DNA of 64,000 nt from Guillardia theta CCMP2712. Its lineage: Eukaryota; Protista; Cryptophyta. Shown piece by piece: positions 1 to 11,600 of this stretch; positions within the stretch are counted from its first letter, which is position 1, and each line of letters begins with the position of its first letter. Made by a program: the position numbers and the translations under genes. Below the pieces are notes generated by a model, which had not been told where the DNA came from, made no database searches, and was given only the letters and a program-made list of their open reading frames with translations. Where the stretch lies: NCBI RefSeq assembly GCF_000315625.1, contig NW_005434616.1, positions 62,001 to 126,000 on the forward strand. The letters run 5' to 3'.

Positions 1-1633
1 AACCTCCGCAGATTCCAGTTCCTGCACCTCTTGTAGCAGGAGACCTGTGGGATGATGAATACATACGGAATATGAGATCTGTCAACAAGAACGTGAGATA
101 TCTCTCCATCACTTTCAAACGTTTTGTTATGATTCGCTGCTAGGTATCAGAGCTCGTTTCAGGGGGATATGGAGTTCTGGAGTGGGTGGAGATGAAACGG
201 GTATGAACATTCATGATGTGAATCTCCGAGACTGACATGCCGGTTTGCATCAGAGCATCACCCCCAACCTTGTTGGAAGAGTCGCTGAGCAGGCATAGAA
301 TTGTGAATGGCAAGGAAGTGGAATTTGATGATATTGCCTCCAGCTTGCGGCCCTTCACTTGAACTCCTTGGAGAAATCAAGAAATCATGGATATCACATG
401 GACACCTTCCTTGGGCAGCGTAGACAGAGAAACAGCGAAATGAAGGTTTCTGAGGCATGGAGCAATTTCACTTTGACTCATGTGAGCTTAGGACTTCCTT
501 GAGTTTTTTGCGGAAAAAAGATTGGAACCAGAAATCCGTGATGCATCAGCAGCGAAAGAAAGAGTGGATCGGTCTCCCTCCAAGTCTGAAATCTTTGGAA
601 TTGACTTGCTCTCAGCTCTGCCGAGTACAGTGACAATATCCGAGATAAGATTGGATTCTTTGGAAACAAGGTCAGTAAGATAAATTTCATCTAATCATCT
701 TTAAGTGTTCGAAAAAGATACTGGAGCGATTAGTCGATAGCCATGTGTGGAGAGAAATCTTTGCGCCAGTGCTTGAATCAAGTCCTTCGATGTTGCACGG
801 AGACATCTGGTTGGGAAATATTGCTGTAAGAAGTCAATCAGCTCAGAGAGCCACTAGATTCTCACACTTCGTTGCAGGAAAAAGGCGACAAGACAGAATT
901 TGTTTTCGGACCTGCCAGTTGGCATGGGCCAGCTGAGTTCGATCTTGTACGCGGATCGTAATTTTCTACTTGTGATTGATCTCTCCGCAGTCGGTAGGGG
1001 AAACTTTTGGAATGCCTCAAAGGTTCTTCGAAGGTTACCATCACTATAACCCAAGGCTGGAAGGGTACTCCCTTGCTCTTGCGAAAGTTTGGCAGCAAGT
1101 TGATTTTTACTTTTCAATTAGGTACGAGATGAGGATGAAAGTGTACAAGCTTTATCACCTCTTGAACCATCTCAATCAGCCCTCGGATTACAAGTACAAC
1201 TTCAACATCGCGCGTGAGCCACTGTAAGTGACCGCACAATCGAAGTTTGCTAGAGCAAGAGTAATGCCTCATAGGTTCGAATATCGGCCCGACAATCTCC
1301 TAGGAGGAAGGACCTTGACAAACTTCAACAGTCAAGGGGTATCGCATCAACTCTACTGCAAGTGTCGGTCGGGTCACCTTACTCTTGCAGGTTCTGAATC
1401 CTGGGAAACATCAATACCGGTCAGAGATGGAGATGATCACTCGTGGAGGGTGGTTCGACCCAGAGGTCGCCTTGCTCCTTTGACATCTGACATGCTCTGA
1501 ACTTTAGCTGCAGTTTTATCTCAAAGAAGTTATGGGCCTCATCTATGAGATTCGCGACGTCCACCCCCCGCAGCAACAAGGGCAGATCTTCAAATTTTGG
1601 GGCAAAGCCAAGAAGCCCTCGAGGGGGTTTTGA
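1..1633 (+). CDS. Fructosamine-3-kinase / ketosamine kinase family protein (5' partial, multi-exon)
   Basis: Exon motifs IPVPAPLVAG, GYGVLEWVEM, LAALHLN, PSMLHGDIWLGNI, EFDL, MPQRFFEGYH and RMKVYKLYHLLNHLN match the FN3K family (HGDLWxGN; YHxLNHxN). The spliced C-terminus ends at TGA 1631-1633. Confidence 0.85.
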
Positions 1634-1717
1634 TCAGTTGCGACTGCACATGTAGGAAATTTCTATGAGAGATGATCAGGGAGGTTGTATGAAAGCGACC
1701 CTGTCTCTGTCTTGCTT

Positions 1718-3138
1718 TCATGTTTCCATAACATTCTGCAGTCTTGCATAGATGATGAATTCAATGTTCCCGTTGGGCCCTGTAATGGGACTCTGAGTGA
1801 TCCCTTGCACCTTGTCATTCCTTGTCAAGCGCGATCTCGCTTGCTGATACGTCAAGGACGTTACCTCCCATCCAACCGATTTCAACCACGAAGAGACTTC
1901 GGAGCAAACCCTCTCGTGCACTTTCCCGTCACGCACAACTTCCAAGAGCACGTGAGTGGAGAGCGCAAGATCGCAAGATTCAACCTCCAGTCCCCGATTC
2001 GACCTCGTGCCTAAGGGCCTCAAACTGAGGTTTGATCAAGGCCAACAGCACTGATGGAGGTTGACAAAGCTTTAACGAGGCTGGCAACACCTGCATCCAG
2101 GCCGTCATAGACCTGGGCGAGAGCCAGGACTTACTTTGTGCAGAGGGATAAAAGATGCGTCACAGACTATCATGGATGGCGCGTCTGCGATAACATCTCG
2201 GGTCAAGTTTCTTGCATTCGTTCTCTCCAGCACCACGACTCGAGGATCCTGGCCATATCTAAATACCAACAATCAACACAGCTTGACAATACTTGTCTTA
2301 TTTGAAGGTCAAGTTGGCCATACCCAACATCGACCGCGTAAACCTACAGCAGTTGTCAACGGGTTCGAACAATTCGACAGGAGAGTATATGTTCTTTCCT
2401 TTGACGCTCCATAGTGCAGCAATACATTCGTAAACCCCCCAGTACTACAACCCACGTCAACCGCTACCACGTCTTTGACCTGCATACTCTATTCACGCAT
2501 ATAGAGGGACTCAGCAACTGTTCACTTCAACAGAAAATTCTCTGATTGCATGGTCAAGCTTCATCCCCCCACGAGATACCCAGGGATGTTCCTGCACGAG
2601 AAGTTAAAAAGTCATAAGGCAGGTATTATGCAAGGCGCGACTACTTTTTGGGCTTTAAGACGTATCGGAGTGCTCCTACGAACTTTTTGAGCAGGGCTAG
2701 TGACACGTACGGTTTCATCGATAATCACAGCTCCTGCCAAGACAAGAGCACCGGCATGCTGGATCGACTGTTACAAAATCTGGAACGAACTGATGAAATG
2801 AGTACCTTCATATCGCTGGCAAGTCCGAGTTCTAACAAGAGTTCATCGACCCTGATCTTTTTGTTTAAGAATTTTTCCGTCATCTCGTTGCCATTCATCT
2901 CTCGATCTGTATTTACATTCTCATCGCTTTGCGAACTCCGTGACATGCTTCGACCGGGCGCAACCCAGTATCGTCCCTTTACAGGCCTAAAGCAGCAAGT
3001 CTTGAGCGAGGGAAGCGCGCTGCCTGGTAGACGGAGTAGTTTATTAGTGGCGATGAAGCAGCTTCTGCAGCTTCCGCCTCCTCTGCTCCCTTGAAGCCAC
3101 AGCATCGTCACAGTTGCTGCTGCCATGGCGGCCTTCAT
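1718..3138 (-). CDS. tlyA: TlyA-family rRNA 2'-O-methyltransferase (S4-like + FtsJ), N-terminal targeting extension
   Basis: KIRVDELLLELGL, VSRGGMKL, VDVGCSTGGFTNVLL, DVGYGQL, DPRVVVLERTNAR, IVCDAS, LIKPQFEA, VVRD, SPITGPNGNIEF. N-terminus MKAAMAAATVTMLWL. Confidence 0.93.
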
Positions 3139-3749
3139 GGAGGTGAGTACTGATGTCGCGCCGGGTTTCGGAAGTTCGGGGATCCCCCGGGCATTCACTG
3201 ACGGCCCGCCTCTATATTAGGATGCAGTGGAGGGTGGGGGTAGCAAGCCCTTGCAATGGATGGTGGGGTAGTTGGTTGTACATCTTTACTACTAGGACCG
3301 CATCGTTTGTGGAGGCATAGGAAGACACAGGGTACCGATTCAGCATGGGGTGGTGCAAAATATGTAGGGGTGTCTCATTGAAAGGGGTACTCTTTGCTAC
3401 AATACAATAATTATGTTATCATAAGACATAGCAAATATGAAGACTTGAGGAGAAGAAATTGAACGATGGAAAAAGACTACCAATCAAGGGGGTAGGGGTA
3501 ATGCAAGCCTGCCAGACTCTGGGGTAGGGTATAGCAAAGTAGGGGTAGGGAAAAACAGGCTCTACTCAGATGGGAACCTTGCTCTTGGAGGGGATGCAGA
3601 GATGTAGAGGAGCAAGATGAATGGTTTGAGAGAGAGGGGGGGGAGTGAGATGAACGATGGGAGCGATCAGAAGAGAGAGAAAGATTGTTTCGAAATGGTT
3701 TGAAAGATGGTTCGACATGGTGTGAGAACGTCTCTTGAACAAGACAGGA

Positions 3750-5524
3750 AAATGGATCATGGGTTGGTGAAATGCACTCGATCTATCTCATATTCCTTGC
3801 CTTCTCTGCAATGGAATGCGAATGGGAGCCGGACACAAGACATCTGAATCTGAGTGTGAGCTGAATGAGAGGTGATTGTAGATGGAGATCCAGAGAAGCA
3901 TGGATTGAAGATGAAATGGACGTTTTCTAGGTGGAACGACGCACTAATGCTTCCCTGCAGGTCATGGGAGGTATCACTGTGGATCAACCGATTAGCAACA
4001 ATGCCAGCGAAAACAAGCTTCTAATAACAAATGCTGGGCATTCTAAGACCTATGATTGGTCCCTTTCAACTGCAGAAAACTTTAGGTAGTTTTTGTTATG
4101 TTTCGTCGTTGACGCAAGTGAGAAATTGTTCTCACAGTCACGATGAAATGGAGTTTGTGGGGCCTTTTGCCGATATTCGGTATGATTCTTCAAAGGACGA
4201 CATCACATTTCTGACTCAATTCTTCCAGTGCTCAGCTCGATCACACATATCACACCAACTTCATGCCTGCAAGGTGAGGTACGATTTTGGATCTATACCG
4301 CTGAAAGTCAAGCAGGCAGAGGTTGCAGGATATGCTGATCGAAGAGGTTCTTCAAAAACCTTCTACGACTCAGCTTACACATCCGTGGATCATTTTCACT
4401 TGTGGTACATCGTGTTTGGTTCCTTCCTTCCTCGTGTAACAATGGTGTACATCCTCTCAGGTGCGATGGGATCAGGGAAATCCTACGTCATTGACAAGAT
4501 ATGTCAAAATCCTGCTTTTCGTCTTGGAGACGTGAGATCATGGAATGTCTGTATATGTTCATGAAGATTGTGTCCTCAGATTGTGAGGGTGGATCCAGAC
4601 TTCTTCCGTCTCAGACTCCCTGAGTGGTCCGAATATGCTTCCCGAAACTACGAAACAGCTGGGAAACTCACACACAGAGAATGTGGGTACTGCGTAGAGG
4701 TATTCTAACTTGAAGAGAGGGTACAGCATCTTTGACAGGCATGCTCAGATTGCCCAAGAGGCTGCTCTGCAGCAAGGGAAGACGTTGTTTGTCGATGGGA
4801 GTCTAAGGAACTATGAATGGTACTCAAGGACAATAGAAGATATCCGTCAGCGACATCCGAGACACAGGATTGCGATCATTCACGTCGAGGTATTCTATCT
4901 TTGGTTTCCTCTAAATCGCTGATGCACATGTGTTAGGCTAGTATGGAAGTAATTCTTTCTCGAGCGTCAGACCGTGCAAAGAGGACAGGTCATGACGGAC
5001 TGAGAGCTCACCTACACTCCATTTCTGATTGGACGTTGGTGTACAGGGCGACATGTCCCAGAGAGCGAAGTTTTTGATTCGTACACGATGGCAATCAAGA
5101 CTGCTCACCGGTATGTGATTGCAGTCGTTGAAAATGATACATTTGATTCGCTCGTGACGAAATGAATCCAGCTTAGGCCCAATGGTAGACCTTTACACAA
5201 GAATCTTCAATGATGCATCGGGGCCACAATTACCAGAAGTGAAAGATTCCATGACAAGACCTCAGGAAGGAATGACAAGCTGTGCAAGGGAGCTCTACAG
5301 TTGCATCCAAAACAGCTGTAACATCTCAGTGTCTTCCGACGAATTACACATGGAGGGGTCCCATGTTATCTCCAACATTAAGTGATTACCCCGCACGTGA
5401 TTGATTGCTCGACCATGTACAATCATCTGGAAGGGGCTTCAAGAGGTTGCTTCCGGCTCTCAACGAATTCAGGGGTCGCTCACCCGAGCCTAAGATCTCT
5501 GATTCCGATGCGTCATGCAATTAG
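3750..5524 (+). CDS. Zeta-toxin-like P-loop kinase (multi-exon; start approximate)
   Basis: Spliced reading PWIIFTCGAMGSGKSYV, VDPDFFRLRLPEW, LTHRECGYCVEIAQE, VDGSLRNYEWY, IAIIHVEA, RAKRTGRHVP. Confidence 0.85.
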
Positions 5525-5747
5525 ATAATCTTGTAATCGTCCTGAAGACACACATTTCAGGAGTTGTGTAACAATTGTTGTAATATATCATACTACACTA
5601 TCACACAGAAGGTGTGCAAATTGGTTCTTAAGGTCAAAGAAACTATTTATTCGCATCTTCTCTTAGAATATATCAAATTTCGCACTAGAAACGGATTAGA
5701 GCTCTCAAAATTAAAATGCGACTACACGGAAGGGAACAGAAAGACAT

Positions 5748-7163
5748 TCACATCTTGGTAATCTTGTCGATTGTGGTCTCGCGTGTTCTGCCATCGGAAA
5801 ACTGCGCGATCGTCAAAGAAAGCATGATGAGCAGACCCTACCAGGTTGCTTCACCTGGATATGATAGTAAGTCTTGGTCCTCATAGAACCATTGTGGCCT
5901 GGAAGCTCCACATCGACAACAACAACTTCTTCAGGATCTGAGCGAGGAGTTTGTTTGTAAAGAACTTTCTGCCCGATAGAAAGCTCGCCGACTCCTGCTC
6001 CCTATTGATGTCGTGGTCAACCATGGCACACAATCATGATGTTGTACTTGAACGGCCTGAACTTTCACGCCATCTCCAATCCTCTTGTCTTGGAAGTCCG
6101 TCTTGCGGAAGGGGGAGGAAGTCTCTGCAGGAGGGACATTTTCATCTTGAACATTCATCCTCTCCATCCCTTCCTCAGGAGCTTCCTCTGCAAAACTTCA
6201 GAGCAACATAACAGCAGAGGAAGGCACACCTTCTTGAACGAGTCGCAGCTTGTCCACCGTGGTATTTCGTTCCCTTCCATCTTCAAATCGGATCTTGTAG
6301 TTGTCTTTCCTGCGACCATTTTTGAGCTACACCTCAGACAGGTTCAGGAATCACCTGCTTCCAACAGGCTCGATCTCAACAATCTGGGCAACACTCTCGG
6401 CATTGCTTCCCAACTGTCTGTAGATGACAGTGCTTCCGACTTGCATCACGTTGGACACCACCTTAGCAGATGGCATACTCTGCTACACAAGACTCTCAGG
6501 CTCCAAGATGTCATCCTTACGATGTGTGAAACCTTGTGCACGTGCTCAGCAGGCTGGGGGGGAGCCTTTCCTTCGGGTTCAGCCCAGGCAAATGAAGTCC
6601 CTAAGGCATTGGAACCTCCAGCAGGAGCGTGCCTGACGACAGGAGTCACCCTAAAAGGGACTGAGCTTGTACTCACAGTCGAACACAGGAATGTCCAGTG
6701 TCACCAAATCCCTGGACAACTTTCAGGCTGAAGCTTTCATCTTTAAGATCTTATCAACCTTCCTGTCCTCCCCTGGGGACTCGGTGGGTTGAGGGCTTGC
6801 AGCTTGTACAGCCTTGGGAGGAGTAGCAATGCTCTTCGGAGGCGACATGGCAACACGTGGTGGCTGACAACAGATATCAGGAGAGACATTCCCCCGATGG
6901 ATCGAGCTCCTCTCACCTCATTTTCCTGGCCCCATCCAAAGGAAATGGAAGATGCACCGCCGGGAGGTGCGTGCAGACCTGCCCAAGATTACGTCAGCAC
7001 AGGAAAGTGATGCTAGCCTGCCTGCTAGCCATCGAGAATTTCATACGTGTACTGGATCGGCCCGAGGAGTGATCGTGAATCAGGTGCGCCTGAGCAGCGC
7101 AAAATGAGTCGAAATTTCGAATCGACGCAGATTCGTTACTTGATTGATGCTGTAGCCGCTCAT
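5748..7163 (-). CDS. Protein with two SPIRAL1/Jupiter-like PGG motifs and two SH3/Tudor-like repeats (multi-exon)
   Basis: Manual GT-AG splicing gives MSGYSINQAHLIHDHSSGRSSTRLHAPPGGASSISFGW...GHSCVRLHAPAGGSNALGTSFAW...MQVGSTVIYRQ...YKIRFEDGRERNTTVDKLR...LSIGQKVLYKQ...YHIQFSDGRTRETTIDKITKM*. Confidence 0.75.
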
Positions 7164-7759
7164 GTTGCAAGGAACTGCAATGCAGAAGGGTCAAATGTAG
7201 ATCAGGTCGTGAAAGAATATTTGAATCGAGGAGTGCACAGTTGTCTTTCTCAGGTAAATATCTGTTTGTTACAACGCACGGTGTTGGGATACTCCACGAA
7301 GTAGAATCAAGAAGGAGTTGAAGAGTCAGAAGAAGAGCTGAACAATGAGAAGTATCATGCAGCACGCAGTGCTGATGGAAGGGAACATGGAAGGGGCAGA
7401 AGACGGGACCGGATAGGAAGGGAGTGACAGAGCATGAGCGAGAGGAGGAAGGGCAGCGCCGGCATAACATCTTCAGCCACCTCCTCCACCCTACCCTTGG
7501 ATTACGGGTGGAGAACAGGGTAGTGGTAACTCCCTGTTCTCCATCACCCCCACATTCGACGAAATTTGAATGGAATGTGTAGGGTAGGTCATATGCCGAC
7601 AGGCTGCAGGGGTAGAGCATATCACGGTAGGGTACTTCGACAGTACAAACAAGGGGTAGATCACAGGGTCATTGGCAGTCGTTCCGATTTGAAGGGGTGC
7701 AATTGACTTGATTGTGACCCTGCGAATGGGGGTGGGGTGTTTGAAATTTGAATTCATCG

Positions 7760-8345
7760 GCACCGGGCCCGTGACAGGTGGGACGTACGGTTACCACCGG
7801 GGGACCGGCCGGGCCTGGCCCAGTGGCGGCCGCCGCCGGCCGGGCCGGGCGACTGCTCCGAGTGTCACTCCGGCGACTGAGAGTGAACTCGCCTTGGCTC
7901 ACAATGATCATCGGATCCTCACTGATCCTGGCAGCCCAACGCCGTGACTCTCCAACCCGGCAAACTTTGAAACTCTAGTCTACCTCTTCAAAAACCTCGG
8001 GTGACAAACTTCCGCCGGACTACCGTGACCACAAATCCTTGGACGGTAGTACCGTACCATACGGTACGGTACGCCGTTCCGCCGTGTCGGACTGCCAGGT
8101 CCGACCGTGCCCCCGTTATGCCCGGCAACTGAGCCTCCGAGTGATCAGCCTTTCACCAGGCTAGCCGGGCACTGATTCAAGCCGGCTGGCCGCGGGATCT
8201 GGCCCGCCGGGCCCCGCCGCGGGCACTCGATGGTCTACCAACCGCTGAGCCCTGCTGAGCGGCCCTGGCAGTGCTGAGCCTCCGAGGCTCGGAGCACTGC
8301 CTCGGAGCCCGGCCCAGGCGGCACGGCCCGGCTGACGGCCCGGAT
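7760..8345. repeat. GC-rich non-coding island (CCGG/GGCC-rich) with hairpin
   Basis: Abrupt GC increase and no credible ORF. Perfect stem GTACCGTACC-atac-GGTACGGTAC at 8049-8072. Words shared with 61430-61830. Confidence 0.55.
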
Positions 8346-8642
8346 CATATTAGCAGGTCTACCAACATGCGTGGTACTCGGAATTTGGTGTCGGGACTAC
8401 GCAATGCAGCAACCGGGCGAGGACCACGGGTGAGATGGCGAAGGCTCGTGACCGATGAGAGAAGAGCAATACAGAAGCGAGACACAAGGATGTAGCTGGA
8501 TACATGTGCATGGTTCAAGTTTACAGGACAACGGCGCACCGACGGGAGCATGAGCTTACTCGAAGATTTCACGATTTAAGGATGCTAAGCAGGATTATAG
8601 GAGCGATTGAAAGGAGAAAAGCTTCAGCTGATTGATGTAAGC

Positions 8643-11600
8643 ATGGGTGGAGGATCAAGTAAGGCTGTAGGCAAGCCTACTGGGCAGGTTGGGACGAGAG
8701 AAATCGGAAACCTTGATGTTGCGGCCACCAACTTGCCCCGAGACTGGAACGATGACTTTCAGCGAGGTCTTGAGATGGTTGAGAAGGAGCAGTACTTGGA
8801 AGGATATACTCTGCTGGCTAACGTCATTGCAGATTTCAGAGAGAAGGCAGATTATTTCAATAGAATTATAATATCAGAGCTGGCGCTCGTCAGTGATGAG
8901 AAAACTTTCCTCCCTCGGGCGTTCAAGTCAAATGACGACGCAAACTTCACAATATACGGGGTTCAAAACATTGAGTTCAGGGTTGCAAATGGTGGCCAAG
9001 GTTCAAAGTCATGGGTTGAGCTTGGCAATGAACTGAGGCACTCCAAGAACATTCTGCATTGCAGGTCTGTGCAAACGCTTTCCAAGAGAAGATTGATGGT
9101 TTGTAACAACCTTCCAGGTTGCACGACAAGAATACTGGGCTGTCGCACATATGTGTGCCGCTCATGATGATTCTAGATTACAAAGGCTTTAGGACGCTGG
9201 CAGTGGCCAAGATCACAGCTCAGACCAAGTACGTGCATGGTTGGGATCCAGTATTAAAGGGTTTCGTGATGGAAGATTCAGACCTTCAGGTTTATGTTTG
9301 TGTATCCTTGTGGAGATGCTGAGCCATGGTTGTTCCCAGAGCTTGCTGGTGACTGTAGGAACAATGCTCAACTTGTCATATCATAAGGTGAGTGAAACCT
9401 CCAGGGATCGAAGTAACTTGGACATAGCTCGGGGTTGGATCCACTGCCGTGCTGTCTTCGATGCATGCCGGGATTCGATGTCTTGTCGAGCTGCAAGGCA
9501 TCAACCTCTTGAAGCGCAAGAAGAGGATATACTTCCTTGACTTGAAAGACTTGATGCCTCCGGACCTTACAAAAGGGGTTAGTCTGCCTTGCAGTATGCG
9601 ATGATTTGTGATCGCTATCATCCAGGCTCGATGGAACCTTCAAAGCAAGACAGATGGGCATGTTGAAATGAGTGAGAGAGTCAGGCCTGAATACGTCAGG
9701 AGATATGAGAAGCCGCTGAGCCCGGATATTGGCATTCCACCGCCTAACAGAAAGGCCATCAATCGATACATCCACGAGGGTATAGATCACAGGTTGAAAG
9801 CTCTTTGTCCGAAACCTGCTGATGACTGTTGTTATCAGTCTATCTGATCTTAAAAACGCTCTGCAACACCTCACAGTCGTCAAGTCAATGGAGCTGATCG
9901 ACAGTTTGTCTCGAGACATCCAAGACTTCCGAAGAGGGAAGGACTCTTTAACGGGGCTTGCAACTCATGATTTCAGGTCTGTTTGCTCTTGAGAGCAGCC
10001 ACATTGTGCTGATGTGGCTTAAGAGGGCAACCGCTCAACTACGATGAGATCGACATTCACCAGAGGATCATGTCAAACATACACGCCGCTGGCTTCAATA
10101 GGAGGATGTTGGGATTCCTGAGGTCCAAAGTGAAGGAACAATCGTATGATCCAGCCATCTTCGAGCTGCGAAAGATGCTCCTCAACGAGATGGTGAGCAG
10201 GGTGCTGAAGGTGAAAGATTCTCTCTGCAGGGAGACTGCCTCTGACGACGATGGCCGCAGACTTCGATCTACAAGGTTCTGCGCATTGCAAGCGGGTTTT
10301 ACGGTCAGAGCGGGAGCATGCTCCAGGCAATCAAAGCTCAATTCAATGTCGACAAGGAACAAAAGATCACAGACGAGGAAGATCCGCATAGTCTGCCAGA
10401 GATCAGCTCTCAGATCACCAAAGCAAACGTGTTGTCGACAGAAACATCCAAGGCCGCGCTTGTGGACTTCTTCGACACAGCCTTCTCACGGCAGTATGTA
10501 GAAAAGAACCATGCAGAGTTACGCGAAGAGCTTGAAGCTGTTGGCATCGAGCCCACAAAGATAGACGAAGTTCTCACCTTGTCTGCCATGATTGCAGAAC
10601 TTCGCAGAGAGCGTATGAAACGATACCCTGAAGCAGTGAAAGCTGCGATCGAGTCGCTCAAGGGCGAACTCGCACTGATCATCAAGGCTTCGGTGCCAGG
10701 AGCAAAGTGGATGGCAGACAAGTACTCGAATTTCAAAACTGCCAGAGCCGAAAAGTTGGCACAGAAGAAGGAGATGGAAGCAATCAAAGCAGAAATCACA
10801 GACAAGCTAATCAACACACCCTTGGACACTGACCCGTTCAGCATCTACTGGCGACAAAGCATGAAGAGTCTACTGATCCGAAAGTTTGGCAAACTTTGCC
10901 TCTCGTCTTCAGAACTTAGGACTGACTGGTCAGTCATTGACAACATCGACGTGGCGGTGGTTGTGAGGAGAGTCGAGACGCTGACTGGCATTCGGCTGTC
11001 GCGAGAAGGCCTGAAGAAAATCTCTTCGATCCATGAGTTTCCTCTCACTCCTTCCTCTGTTGTGAGATGGAACGAGAGAGACTTCGATAGCATCGGCCCT
11101 AAGACGAAAGGTCTAGGCCTGCTGCAGTCGGCCAGGGGATGGCAGCTTCTTCACAAGTCTCGCTCATTGGATAAGAGTGAGGCAAAGGTACAAATGCTTC
11201 AGAGCGCCTGCGACTGCTTTGAAGAAATGCTGCTGCATCACCCCAACGATTGGATCTCCAACTTTGAATTTGGCTCTGCCCTCTATGAGCTCGCCTGGAC
11301 CCTTCCAACGTCTTCACGCTACTCACTCTTGCGAGCGGCTTATCGTCGCTTCCGACACTCACACGTCGTGTGCCGAGCGTGGCTGCCATCCATGTTGAGG
11401 CTGGGAGATTCCATCTATGCGATGACGCTGATGCGACAAGATACCGACGTGGAGGAGGACTACGTCAAGCTTTGTGTGGAGGCAGGTGACATCCTTGACC
11501 GCTCTCAAGAATATGCCAACAGATGTGGAGCGTGGGCGGATCAGGTCAAGGCTGAGGTCTGGCGGTTGGTGCATTAGCTGATGTTTGCTTGCAGGTGCTC

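Noticed and set aside
1-5524. FN3K-tlyA-zeta as a bacterial operon, contaminant or recent HGT island
   Set aside because: The genes alternate strand, are intron-rich and match host composition.
6036-6731. 231-aa plus-strand ORF
   Set aside because: It is antisense to the spliced SPR1-like gene, whose splice sites and repeated domains are on the minus strand.
7669-8572. Short GC-rich ORFs as transposase fragments
   Set aside because: No DDE, RT or tyrosine recombinase motifs are recognisable. The ORFs reflect scarce stop codons in GC-rich DNA.
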